Origin: Minisyncoccota bacterium
GTDB taxonomy: Bacteria > Patescibacteriota > Minisyncoccia > Phycocordibacterales > UBA9973
Length of the DNA stretch: 64,000 bases
Direction of reading: 5' to 3'
NCBI GenBank assembly: GCA_041659205.1
Contig: JBAZYS010000003.1
Coordinates: 3,266 to 67,265, forward strand
Made by a program: the position numbers and the translations under genes. This document shows positions 26,720 to 34,661 of this stretch, piece by piece (position 1 is the stretch's first letter; every line of letters starts with the position of its first letter). Under the pieces are notes generated by a model. The model saw only the letters and a program-made list of their open reading frames with translations. It did no database searches and was not told where the DNA came from.

Positions 26720-28390
26720 TTAAGCCATATTTTGTTTATAACATTCTTCGCAAGCAATTTTTTGGTATTCCCATTCCGGTAAATAATATGCCTCAATGTC
26801 CTTTTTACAATAAAAACAAGAGTATGGATACGCCTGAAGAGCCGTCAAATACTTTAATTGATTTCTTGTTCGTACGTCAAAATGATATCGTGGAAGTGGG
26901 ATACTATTTTCTTTATAGAATATCAATTCATTTTGTGCAATATTAAAACGCCAATTAGATTTTGGGCAGATAAGTGCTTGATTAATAATAGAATCTGAAA
27001 CATCTTTTATATCGTCAGGTAATTCATTTGTTTGCATTCCTTCAATATTACTTTCATCAACATCTTCCCAATAACCACCCAGCCTTAAAATATCTTCTTT
27101 TTTTGTATCTCCAAAATACAAATAACTAGTAGAAAAATTAAATGATCCAGCGCTCATTGAATATGGCAAAAACTTTCCATATTCCCCATTTTTTTTCATA
27201 TTTGAAATAATTTTATTTTTCAAAATTTCATATTCCTCTTTACTATATTGCTTATTTAAAATACAATATTTCTTTTTCTTTATACCAACACAACCAAAAC
27301 AATATTCACATTCAGTACAAATGTCTAAATATTCGGAATATCTTGAAGAAGACCAAACACTGTATTTTTCTGCATAACCATACAGGCAACAACTACAATT
27401 TCCAGATAATTCAGTAAACCAGCAACCATCAGCGTCGATATTAGACTTTTCGTTAATGCCCCTAATGCAGTTATGACAATCTTCAGAATTGCTGATGGTG
27501 TTGCAATTGTGGCAATTTTTACAATCTAATAAATAATCTCCATCAGAACTATATATTTTAAAATTAAAATTTTCCCTATGAACAACTTCATTTTTTATTA
27601 TTTCATCAAAACGTTCTTTAAAAGATTGTATAGATTCATAAGATCCAAGATTAAATGATTTTAATTTTTCTTCATATTCTTCCTTGGTGTATTGCTTATT
27701 TTCTATGCAATATTGTTTATTACGTAGATTCCAACTCATGAAACAATTCTGGCAATTTCTACAATCATATAAAAAGCTTGATTCTATACAATCACGAGAA
27801 TGCTTTGAATAAAAAAGTTTATAAGAATGATGACAATCTGAGCAGTCAAAACTTTTTTCACAACTAAAACATATTGTCATATCTATAGAATTTTTTACAT
27901 AAAAACCTCTATATGAATAAAACAAATCTTCACATTGTTCCAACGAACGTGATAAATAACAATTTTTAGAATTCCAGACATCATCACACCAATCACATTT
28001 TATGTTTTTAGTACCATTCTGATGTGGATGAGGAACACGCTCTTGAAGATCTTGCAATTGTTTAAAAAATAGTTGATTCTCATTATATTCTACTCCATAA
28101 TCCATAGCGTCCCATTTATCGCTGTACCATTCCTTAGAAGTATAAATAGGATATCTATTTTTCTCTGGTAAAACTGTAATTAAGCCTTCTCCTGATAAAT
28201 CTGATTTCCCTTTACGAAATTTTCCAAACATCCAGAATGATAAATGTAATTTAACACGGCAAAAAAAACACAAAATGGGTAATTCAATATCAACTTTTTG
28301 ATATAAAGAAAATTCCTCTTCTGTAATTATGAAGTCTTTTTTACAATGTTCACAAATTCTATTCTCCTTTTTCTTTGAATTCATACACAT
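26720..28390 (-). CDS. Cysteine-rich multi-zinc-ribbon protein, paralog C
   Basis: 556 aa; CEHCKKDF...; internal duplicated module with YCIENKQYTKEEYEEKLK and YCILNKQYSKEEYEILKNK; overlaps the grpE stop by about 30 bp. Confidence 0.7.
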   Translation of the reverse strand: MCMNSKKKENRICEHCKKDFIITEEEFSLYQKVDIELPILCFFCRVKLHLSFWMFGKFRKGKSDLSGEGLITVLPEKNRYPIYTSKEWYSDKWDAMDYGVEYNENQLFFKQLQDLQERVPHPHQNGTKNIKCDWCDDVWNSKNCYLSRSLEQCEDLFYSYRGFYVKNSIDMTICFSCEKSFDCSDCHHSYKLFYSKHSRDCIESSFLYDCRNCQNCFMSWNLRNKQYCIENKQYTKEEYEEKLKSFNLGSYESIQSFKERFDEIIKNEVVHRENFNFKIYSSDGDYLLDCKNCHNCNTISNSEDCHNCIRGINEKSNIDADGCWFTELSGNCSCCLYGYAEKYSVWSSSRYSEYLDICTECEYCFGCVGIKKKKYCILNKQYSKEEYEILKNKIISNMKKNGEYGKFLPYSMSAGSFNFSTSYLYFGDTKKEDILRLGGYWEDVDESNIEGMQTNELPDDIKDVSDSIINQALICPKSNWRFNIAQNELIFYKENSIPLPRYHFDVRTRNQLKYLTALQAYPYSCFYCKKDIEAYYLPEWEYQKIACEECYKQNMA

Positions 28391-28955
28391 TCACCCGGGC
28401 TGGGCGCATGACGCGTTCGCCTAGCTTATAACCCTTCTGAGTTACAGTGGCTACCTTATGTTCTAATTCTTTTCTGTCTGTTTCTACAACATCTATAGAC
28501 TGATGAATACTAGGATCAAAACTCTCCCCCACTTCTCCGACGGGCTTTACTCCATATTCCTCGAATATTCCGTTCATCTGTGCATAAATATATTCCACAC
28601 CTTTGCGCCAATTATCTTCTACTTTTTCCCAAGCATCTTTGTTTGCAAAAGCCATATTAAAACTATCAATCACAGAAAGAAAACGAGTAAGAATTCTCTC
28701 ACGCATCGCTTCTGAAAAAATAGCTTTTCTCTCATCTTCTTGTTTTCTATAGTTAGCAAATTCTGCTCGCTCCTTCTGCCAGCCAGTCAAATACTCTTCC
28801 TTTTCTTTCTTGAGCTCTTTTATATCCGCTCTAAATTTCTTTAAAGTTTTCTTCAAATCCTCTTCCCCGTCTTCATTGAATTCAAATTCAAGAACCTCGG
28901 AATCATCCTTTTTTTCCTCAAGATTATCTTCTTTTTTAATTTCTTCATCTGCCAT
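28359..28955 (-). CDS. grpE: Nucleotide exchange factor GrpE
   Basis: 198 aa; coiled-coil N-terminus and GrpE C-terminal beta domain. Confidence 0.85.
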   Translation of the reverse strand: MADEEIKKEDNLEEKKDDSEVLEFEFNEDGEEDLKKTLKKFRADIKELKKEKEEYLTGWQKERAEFANYRKQEDERKAIFSEAMRERILTRFLSVIDSFNMAFANKDAWEKVEDNWRKGVEYIYAQMNGIFEEYGVKPVGEVGESFDPSIHQSIDVVETDRKELEHKVATVTQKGYKLGERVMRPARVNVYEFKEKGE

Positions 28956-28972
28956 ATTTACTCATCTTAGCA

Positions 28973-29000
28973 TAAAAATCCCCTCTTTTCTAGAGGGGAT
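28973..29000 (-). terminator. Rho-independent terminator of rpsI
   Basis: Hairpin atcccctcttttctagaggggat flanked by A/T runs. Confidence 0.65.
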
Positions 29001-29016
29001 TTTTTGTAAAATATAA

Positions 29017-29457
29017 TTAACGTTTTGACCACTGAGGAGCCTTGCGGGCTTTCTTGAGACCGAATTTTCTGCGCTCTTTTGCTCTAGGATCACGCTTAAG
29101 GAAGCCTAATGTCTTCAAACCTCCACGTAAAGTAATATCTGATTCAATGAGAGCTCTTGAGAGTCCATGACGAATAGCTTCTGATTGAGAATGAATTCCG
29201 CCACCTGATACGTGTACTTCTACAACCCATTTAACATCTGACTTAGCACCACCTGTTGGTATGCCTTTAATTATCGGATCTAATATTAAACGTCGTTGAT
29301 CTTCTGTTTTAAAATATTCCTTTGCATCAATACCATTTACAGTAAAATGAGCTTTGGCACCTTCATTAATGCGTACTCTTGCAGTAGAAGTCTTTCTTCT
29401 TCCTATCGCCTCAATGTATTTTCCTTTTGCTTTTACTTCTTTTATATCTTTATCCAT
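29017..29457 (-). CDS. rpsI: 30S ribosomal protein S9
   Basis: 146 aa; C-terminal ...KKARKAPQWSKR typical of S9. Confidence 0.9.
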   Translation of the reverse strand: MDKDIKEVKAKGKYIEAIGRRKTSTARVRINEGAKAHFTVNGIDAKEYFKTEDQRRLILDPIIKGIPTGGAKSDVKWVVEVHVSGGGIHSQSEAIRHGLSRALIESDITLRGGLKTLGFLKRDPRAKERRKFGLKKARKAPQWSKR

Positions 29458-29461
29458 ATTA

Positions 29462-29842
29462 TTAATCTACGATTGTTAAATGTTTCATCATAATTCGGCG
29501 TAATTTATTTCCTGGAAGCATTTGAAATGTAGCAAGCTTGATTAATTCCTTCAATCCTTTTTTCTCAGCAGTTTCTGTACCTTTTAAAATACGTAGTCCA
29601 CCTGGAATACCTGAATATCTAGTATGATAAATCTCATCCAATTTCTTTGGTGTAATACGAAGTTTGTTTGCATTAATAACTTTTACAGGGAAACCAGAGT
29701 AAACATTGCGTTCAAAAGTCGCTTTCGTTTTACCCATCAATGACATCGCTACTTCACTAGCAACTCTGCCGAGGGTTCTGCCTGAAGCATCTATTGTCTT
29801 CATTTCTGTATCCTTATTTACTTTTGTTTCTGTTTTTTTCAT
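29462..29842 (-). CDS. rplM: 50S ribosomal protein L13
   Basis: 126 aa L13 fold; adjacent to rpsI as in the conserved rplM-rpsI operon. Confidence 0.85.
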   Translation of the reverse strand: MKKTETKVNKDTEMKTIDASGRTLGRVASEVAMSLMGKTKATFERNVYSGFPVKVINANKLRITPKKLDEIYHTRYSGIPGGLRILKGTETAEKKGLKELIKLATFQMLPGNKLRRIMMKHLTIVD

Positions 29843-29887
29843 TATATTTTTTATACTAAGTTATTTTCATCAATAACACAAGAAAAT

Positions 29888-30244
29888 CTATTTAACAAAT
29901 TCTATAACTGCCATTGGTGCACCATCTGACTTTCTAATTCCTAATTTCAAAACTCTGGTATAACCACCTTTCTTGTCTGCATATCTTGGGGCAATGACTT
30001 CAAAAAGCTTTTTAACTTCAGCGCTGCGGTTTGAAAGCTTCGCAATGATAAGTCTGCGAGTAGCAAGGCTACCGCCCTTGGCACGAGTCACAAGCTTTTC
30101 TATAAAAGGTCGCAATTCTTTTGCTTTAGGTTCGGTTGTTTTAATCTTCTCACGTACTATCAAATTGAGCGCTAAAGAATTTAAAAGCGCTTTCTTTTGT
30201 GTTTTATCTCTTCCGAATTTTCTTACATTATTTCCATGTCTCAT
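29888..30244 (-). CDS. rplQ: 50S ribosomal protein L17
   Basis: 118 aa; MRHGNNVRKFGR N-terminus; follows rpoA. Confidence 0.9.
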   Translation of the reverse strand: MRHGNNVRKFGRDKTQKKALLNSLALNLIVREKIKTTEPKAKELRPFIEKLVTRAKGGSLATRRLIIAKLSNRSAEVKKLFEVIAPRYADKKGGYTRVLKLGIRKSDGAPMAVIEFVK

Positions 30245-30269
30245 ATAATTAGTGGCGTTAAGCTCGTAG

Positions 30270-31247
30270 TTATTCTTTTAAATTAAGGCCAAACTTGTTT
30301 AAAACTTTTTTAATCTCGGTAATACCTTTTTCTCCAATGCCTTCGATTTCAAGCAAATCTTCTCTTTTCTTTCGAGCAAGACCTCCAAGAGTTCGAATAT
30401 TTGCAGAAGTAAGAGCATTTAATGTTCTAGTTGAAAGGTCGAGGCTGTCTGTACGAGTCTTAAGAACGTCAGCAAAATCGCCTCCTTTCTTATCTTCTCC
30501 TTCTTCTTCCTCTTCTTCTTTAGATGCTTTTTTACCGACTTTTACTTCTTCCTCTACATCCTTGAAATCAATAATCGCTTTTAATTGATTTATCATGATT
30601 TCTATAGAACGAGTCATCGCTTCACGGGCAGTAAGGGTTCCATCTGTCTCGATTGAGATTCTTAAGCGATTGTGGTTCGTCTTGTCGCCGACACGCATGT
30701 TTTCAACTTCATAGGCTACTCTACGAATAGGAGAAAAAATAGCATCTACGGCAATAGTCCCGACATCAACTTTTTCTTTCTGAAAAGCCTCTTTTGAAAT
30801 AAAGCCTAAGCCTTTTTCAATTTTCATTTCAATATTTAAATTTACCTTGCCTGTAACTTCTACAATGTGAAGTTCGGGATTCAAGATTTCTACTTGTCCA
30901 CCAGTTTTTATATCAGAAGCTAAAACTTCTTTCGGTCCTTTTATAGATAATGTTACTGTCTGAGGTTCATCAGAGAGCATTTTGAAACGAGTTTTCTTCA
31001 AGTTTAAAATCATCACGATAACGTCCTCTTTAATTCCGTCCATTGTCTGAAATTCATGACTAACACCGTCAATCTTGATAGACGTAATACTAGCGCCTGG
31101 AAGAGAAGAAAGAATTATCCTTCTTAAGCTATTACCTAAGGTATGTCCATACCCTGGGTACAAACCATCTATTTCAAATACTCCCTTATTACCTTCTTCT
31201 AAGACAACACGAGGCTTTGAAGGCATAATTATTTTATATTCAGGCAT
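30270..31247 (-). CDS. rpoA: DNA-directed RNA polymerase alpha subunit
   Basis: 325 aa; N-terminal dimerisation domain and C-terminal alpha-CTD with acidic linker. Confidence 0.9.
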   Translation of the reverse strand: MPEYKIIMPSKPRVVLEEGNKGVFEIDGLYPGYGHTLGNSLRRIILSSLPGASITSIKIDGVSHEFQTMDGIKEDVIVMILNLKKTRFKMLSDEPQTVTLSIKGPKEVLASDIKTGGQVEILNPELHIVEVTGKVNLNIEMKIEKGLGFISKEAFQKEKVDVGTIAVDAIFSPIRRVAYEVENMRVGDKTNHNRLRISIETDGTLTAREAMTRSIEIMINQLKAIIDFKDVEEEVKVGKKASKEEEEEEGEDKKGGDFADVLKTRTDSLDLSTRTLNALTSANIRTLGGLARKKREDLLEIEGIGEKGITEIKKVLNKFGLNLKE

Positions 31248-31311
31248 AATTTTTATATTTATCCGCCCCTGGCGGGAAAAGTTAATTAAACTCTAATAAT
31301 ATTTTTAAAAT

Positions 31312-31914
31312 TTAACGACTGTAAAATTCAAGAACGGCATTAATATCAAGAAAGGTTTCGATATTTTTTGGTTTAGCTAAAATGCGTCCTTCCATACTAC
31401 CTATATCAAAAGCAACCCAAGTAGGAGCAGTATAATCTTTCAGTCTGGCCTCCAAGTTTTCAAAAATTTTCTTTACTTTACTTCCCTCACGAACCTTTAT
31501 AACATCTCCAATCTTTACCTCATATGAAGGAACAGTGACCCGGTGATTGTTTATAACAAAGTGTCCATGAGATACCATCTGTCTAGTAGCACGACGGCTG
31601 GCTCCGAGACCCATTCTGTAGATTACGTTATCGAGACGAGATTCAAGTCCTTCGTAGAGTTTCTCTGCAGTACCAGCACCTTTTACTCCTGAAACTTTCT
31701 TCACATAGTTTGAAAGCTGTTTTTCAGAAATACCATATGAGAAACGAATCTTCTGCTTTTCAATTAATTGAACTCCGTATTCTGTTGGAGCCTTTGGACG
31801 CTTTCCTCCTGGCAAAGTTTTCGCAGTTGCGGCAGAAAATTTAGCAGTCTGACATTTGTCATAAACTCCAGGACCAAGTCTTCTACAAATTTTAAATTTT
31901 GGCTTTGATATCAT
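31312..31914 (-). CDS. rpsD: 30S ribosomal protein S4
   Basis: 200 aa; S4 RNA-binding domain (RLDNVIYRMGLG...SHGHF.IN). Confidence 0.9.
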   Translation of the reverse strand: MISKPKFKICRRLGPGVYDKCQTAKFSAATAKTLPGGKRPKAPTEYGVQLIEKQKIRFSYGISEKQLSNYVKKVSGVKGAGTAEKLYEGLESRLDNVIYRMGLGASRRATRQMVSHGHFVINNHRVTVPSYEVKIGDVIKVREGSKVKKIFENLEARLKDYTAPTWVAFDIGSMEGRILAKPKNIETFLDINAVLEFYSR

Positions 31915-31928
31915 AAATTTTTTTAATA

Positions 31929-32360
31929 TTAAACTCTTCTTGGCTTCTTAGCTTTTGGTCCATTGTGAGGCACTGGTGTCGCATCTAGAACAGAAGTGAT
32001 TTCAATCCCATGAGCCATAAAAGCTCTAACCGCTGGTTCACGTCCTGATCCAACTCCTAGGATAACTACATCGGCATCCTTTACTCCGAGGATTTCCGCT
32101 TTACCACCAATAATATCTCCTACCTTAGAAGCTGCAAAAGGAGTACCTTTTTTAGCACCTCTAAAGCCTAAACTTCCTGCACTTGACCAAAATAATGTAT
32201 TACCTCCCTTATCTGAAAAAAGAACTTTAGTATTATTGAAAGTAGCCTCAACATGTAAAATTCCAGAAGTAATTTTCTTCTTGGCAGTTTTTGACGGAGC
32301 TTTTTTTACTTCTTCTCCTTCAAGCTTTATTTCTTCTGTTGTTGTTTTTGTTTTTGGCAT
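31929..32360 (-). CDS. rpsK: 30S ribosomal protein S11
   Basis: 143 aa; conserved C-terminus ...DATPVPHNGPKAKKPRRV. Confidence 0.9.
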   Translation of the reverse strand: MPKTKTTTEEIKLEGEEVKKAPSKTAKKKITSGILHVEATFNNTKVLFSDKGGNTLFWSSAGSLGFRGAKKGTPFAASKVGDIIGGKAEILGVKDADVVILGVGSGREPAVRAFMAHGIEITSVLDATPVPHNGPKAKKPRRV

Positions 32361-32380
32361 TTAAAATTTTTGTTTATTGA

Positions 32381-32761
32381 TTATGTTTTACTCTCTTTTC
32401 TCTTACCAGAGGCCATCGTCTTTCTGACATTACCTCTAACTGTTCGGGAGTTTGTCTTTGTGCGCTGTCCACGAACTGGTAATCTCTTCATGTGGCGAAC
32501 CCCTCTGTAACTTTTGATATCTTTCAGTCTTTTTATATTTGCGGCAACTTCTCTTTTTAGATTTCCTTCGATTGAGATTTTCTCCACAATGGCACGAATA
32601 CTATTTTCTTCATCTAAAGTTAAATCTTTAGCTTTTTTACCAGCATCAATGTTAACTTGCTTTAAAATTTTACGAGCAGAAGAAATACCAATACCATATA
32701 GGCATGTTAGTCCAATCTCTAGTCTCTTTTCATTTGGTACGGTGATTCCTAAAATTCTCAT
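32381..32761 (-). CDS. rpsM: 30S ribosomal protein S13
   Basis: 126 aa; MRILGIT/VPNEKR N-terminus. Confidence 0.9.
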   Translation of the reverse strand: MRILGITVPNEKRLEIGLTCLYGIGISSARKILKQVNIDAGKKAKDLTLDEENSIRAIVEKISIEGNLKREVAANIKRLKDIKSYRGVRHMKRLPVRGQRTKTNSRTVRGNVRKTMASGKRKESKT

Positions 32762-32777
32762 AAATTATTATTTTTGT

Positions 32778-32888
32778 TTATTGCTTTTGTTTATGCTTGG
32801 GGTTAGTACAAATTATTCTTAAATGCCTGGCTCTTTTAACCATTTTACAATTATCACAAATTTTTTTTACTGCTGATTTTATTTTCAT
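32778..32888 (-). CDS. rpmJ: 50S ribosomal protein L36 (not in the ORF track)
   Basis: 36 aa [36 protein letters not shown] with the C..C...C.....H zinc ribbon; sits between infA and rpsM as in the conserved operon. Confidence 0.8.
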   Translation of the reverse strand: MKIKSAVKKICDNCKMVKRARHLRIICTNPKHKQKQ

Positions 32889-33004
32889 AAAAAATTTTAT
32901 TTAAACAATACAAAATAAGAGAAAAACAAGGAGAAAACCCTTATTTTTCAATGCTTTAACTTTTTAAAAACCGTAATTAGTATAATACACTATTATTAAA
33001 AAAA

Positions 33005-33238
33005 TTACAACCTTTTAACGATTCTTCCCTTTCCGCCATAAGGATCAAGTACTATCTCAACTGAATCCCCGATTAAAACTTTGATTCTGTGCATGCGCAT
33101 CTTCCCTCCCAAATATGCCAGAATTTCTTTTTCATCTTCTCCGGAACCTTCCATTTTGACCCTAAATAAAGTAGAAGGCAAAGCCTCTGTTACAACGCCT
33201 CTTGCCGTTACTATTTTCTCTTTTCTCTGGTCACTCAT
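33005..33238 (-). CDS. infA: Translation initiation factor IF-1
   Basis: 77 aa S1-like OB fold; VTEALPSTLFRVKMEG... typical of IF-1. Confidence 0.9.
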   Translation of the reverse strand: MSDQRKEKIVTARGVVTEALPSTLFRVKMEGSGEDEKEILAYLGGKMRMHRIKVLIGDSVEIVLDPYGGKGRIVKRL

Positions 33239-33300
33239 GAATATATGTATATTATAGTAAAATTAATAAATTAAGTCAAATAAATACTACGTAATATGGA

Positions 33301-34659
33301 TTACTTAAGAAAATCGACTGTCAATTTTATATCTTTTGTTTTACTTGGAATGGTTTGAATCCAAAGTGGGCTTAATTTTAAGGTAGCAGAATCAATGCCA
33401 GGATATTCTGCAAGGATTTGGGTAAAGTCCTTTTTTGATTTATTGAGTAAATTAGCTGTAAATTTATTTACGTCAAGCTTCCAAACAATCTTTGCGGGAC
33501 CTGTTAAACTAAAATTAATACTATTTACACTCTCAAACGAAATACTATCTTTGTTGAAAAGTGTAAAAGCTAAATCTTTAATATTTGGTATATAAACTTC
33601 ACTATTATCATATTTCTCAATATTGTTTTTAGCAATTTTTTGAGTAAGTTTTTGTTCATTGAAAATAATACCATAGAGAGTACCCTTCAAAGTTAGAACA
33701 GCTGAACCATCTGCTTTAGCTTCACCAGCAATAATGTCATCAACTTTTAATGCTGTAGCATCCTTATACAATAAAAATCCAGGAATCTGACTCGCAATTT
33801 TATTATAAAGTTTATCTCTCAGGGACGTCTCCAGCTCTTTCCCTATATCAGTTTTTTGAGTATCACTAAAAATGCGAGATTTCCCGACGATTCCTCCTGT
33901 GATACTTCCGACAGAGCGACCATCAAATTTGGCATATCTACTCGTGCCTTTAAAACCTGCAATTTTAAAATCAAGCGGGCCACTATTATACGCAGACCCC
34001 TGTTCGGCTGCATAAATATCTACTCCGACTTGCCCCGGTGTGCCATCCTTTGCCATACCAGGAACTACAACTTTCTTTTTTGTTTTGTAAATTTTATTAT
34101 TTGAACCTTCAAGTCGTGTATCAATGGCAAGTGTTTGGGGGCTGCCATTAAATTTGTTGTAAACAATTATTTTACCCTTTGCACTTTCTTTGTAGTCCTG
34201 CTCCTCTAAAATTATTGTTTTCGAATCTTCACCAGAGAAGTGCGCAAGCTCAAAAGGTAAAACATCAGCATTTGAATCAAGACTCGCAGACAAATTCTCG
34301 TTCAGTACTACATCCTTCATTTTGAGCTTTACTGTTACTTCCGCTCTAGAAAATAAAAATGAAATAGCAAAAAAACAAAATACAACAGAAATGAATGCAA
34401 TAAACCAAAGCATAAACCTTGACTTGCTTTGGTTTGAGTTTCTCTCTCCTAAGTTTATACTTGGATATTTTTCCTCTTCTTGAACTCTTTTAAATATTTC
34501 TCTTGGTTTTATTTTAGGCTCAATTTTAAACTCCATCTTTGGTTCTATTTTTGGTTCAATTTTGGGCTCTATTTTGCGTTCAATTTTCGACTCTATTTTC
34601 GGAGTAAATTTTTTTACATGCTTTATTCGCACCATGTCTTGTAGTAATTTTTTGGCCAT
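33301..34659 (-). CDS. Hypothetical single-pass membrane protein with N-terminal (K/E)IEPK tandem repeats
   Basis: 452 aa; 15-nt tandem repeats at about 34500-34630 encode KIEPKIEPKIEPKMEFKIEPKIKP; one TM, then a large extracytoplasmic domain; downstream of a PilM-like gene (PilN/O-like position). Confidence 0.4.
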   Translation of the reverse strand: MAKKLLQDMVRIKHVKKFTPKIESKIERKIEPKIEPKIEPKMEFKIEPKIKPREIFKRVQEEEKYPSINLGERNSNQSKSRFMLWFIAFISVVFCFFAISFLFSRAEVTVKLKMKDVVLNENLSASLDSNADVLPFELAHFSGEDSKTIILEEQDYKESAKGKIIVYNKFNGSPQTLAIDTRLEGSNNKIYKTKKKVVVPGMAKDGTPGQVGVDIYAAEQGSAYNSGPLDFKIAGFKGTSRYAKFDGRSVGSITGGIVGKSRIFSDTQKTDIGKELETSLRDKLYNKIASQIPGFLLYKDATALKVDDIIAGEAKADGSAVLTLKGTLYGIIFNEQKLTQKIAKNNIEKYDNSEVYIPNIKDLAFTLFNKDSISFESVNSINFSLTGPAKIVWKLDVNKFTANLLNKSKKDFTQILAEYPGIDSATLKLSPLWIQTIPSKTKDIKLTVDFLK

Positions 34660-34661
34660 AA

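Noticed and set aside
14297-28390. The CxxCxxCxxC blocks of the Cys-rich proteins as 4Fe-4S ferredoxin motifs, or as DnaJ-type CxxCxGxG fingers
   Set aside because: The spacing does not fit CxxCxxCxxxCP, and the blocks lack the paired Gly of DnaJ CR repeats. They remain unassigned.
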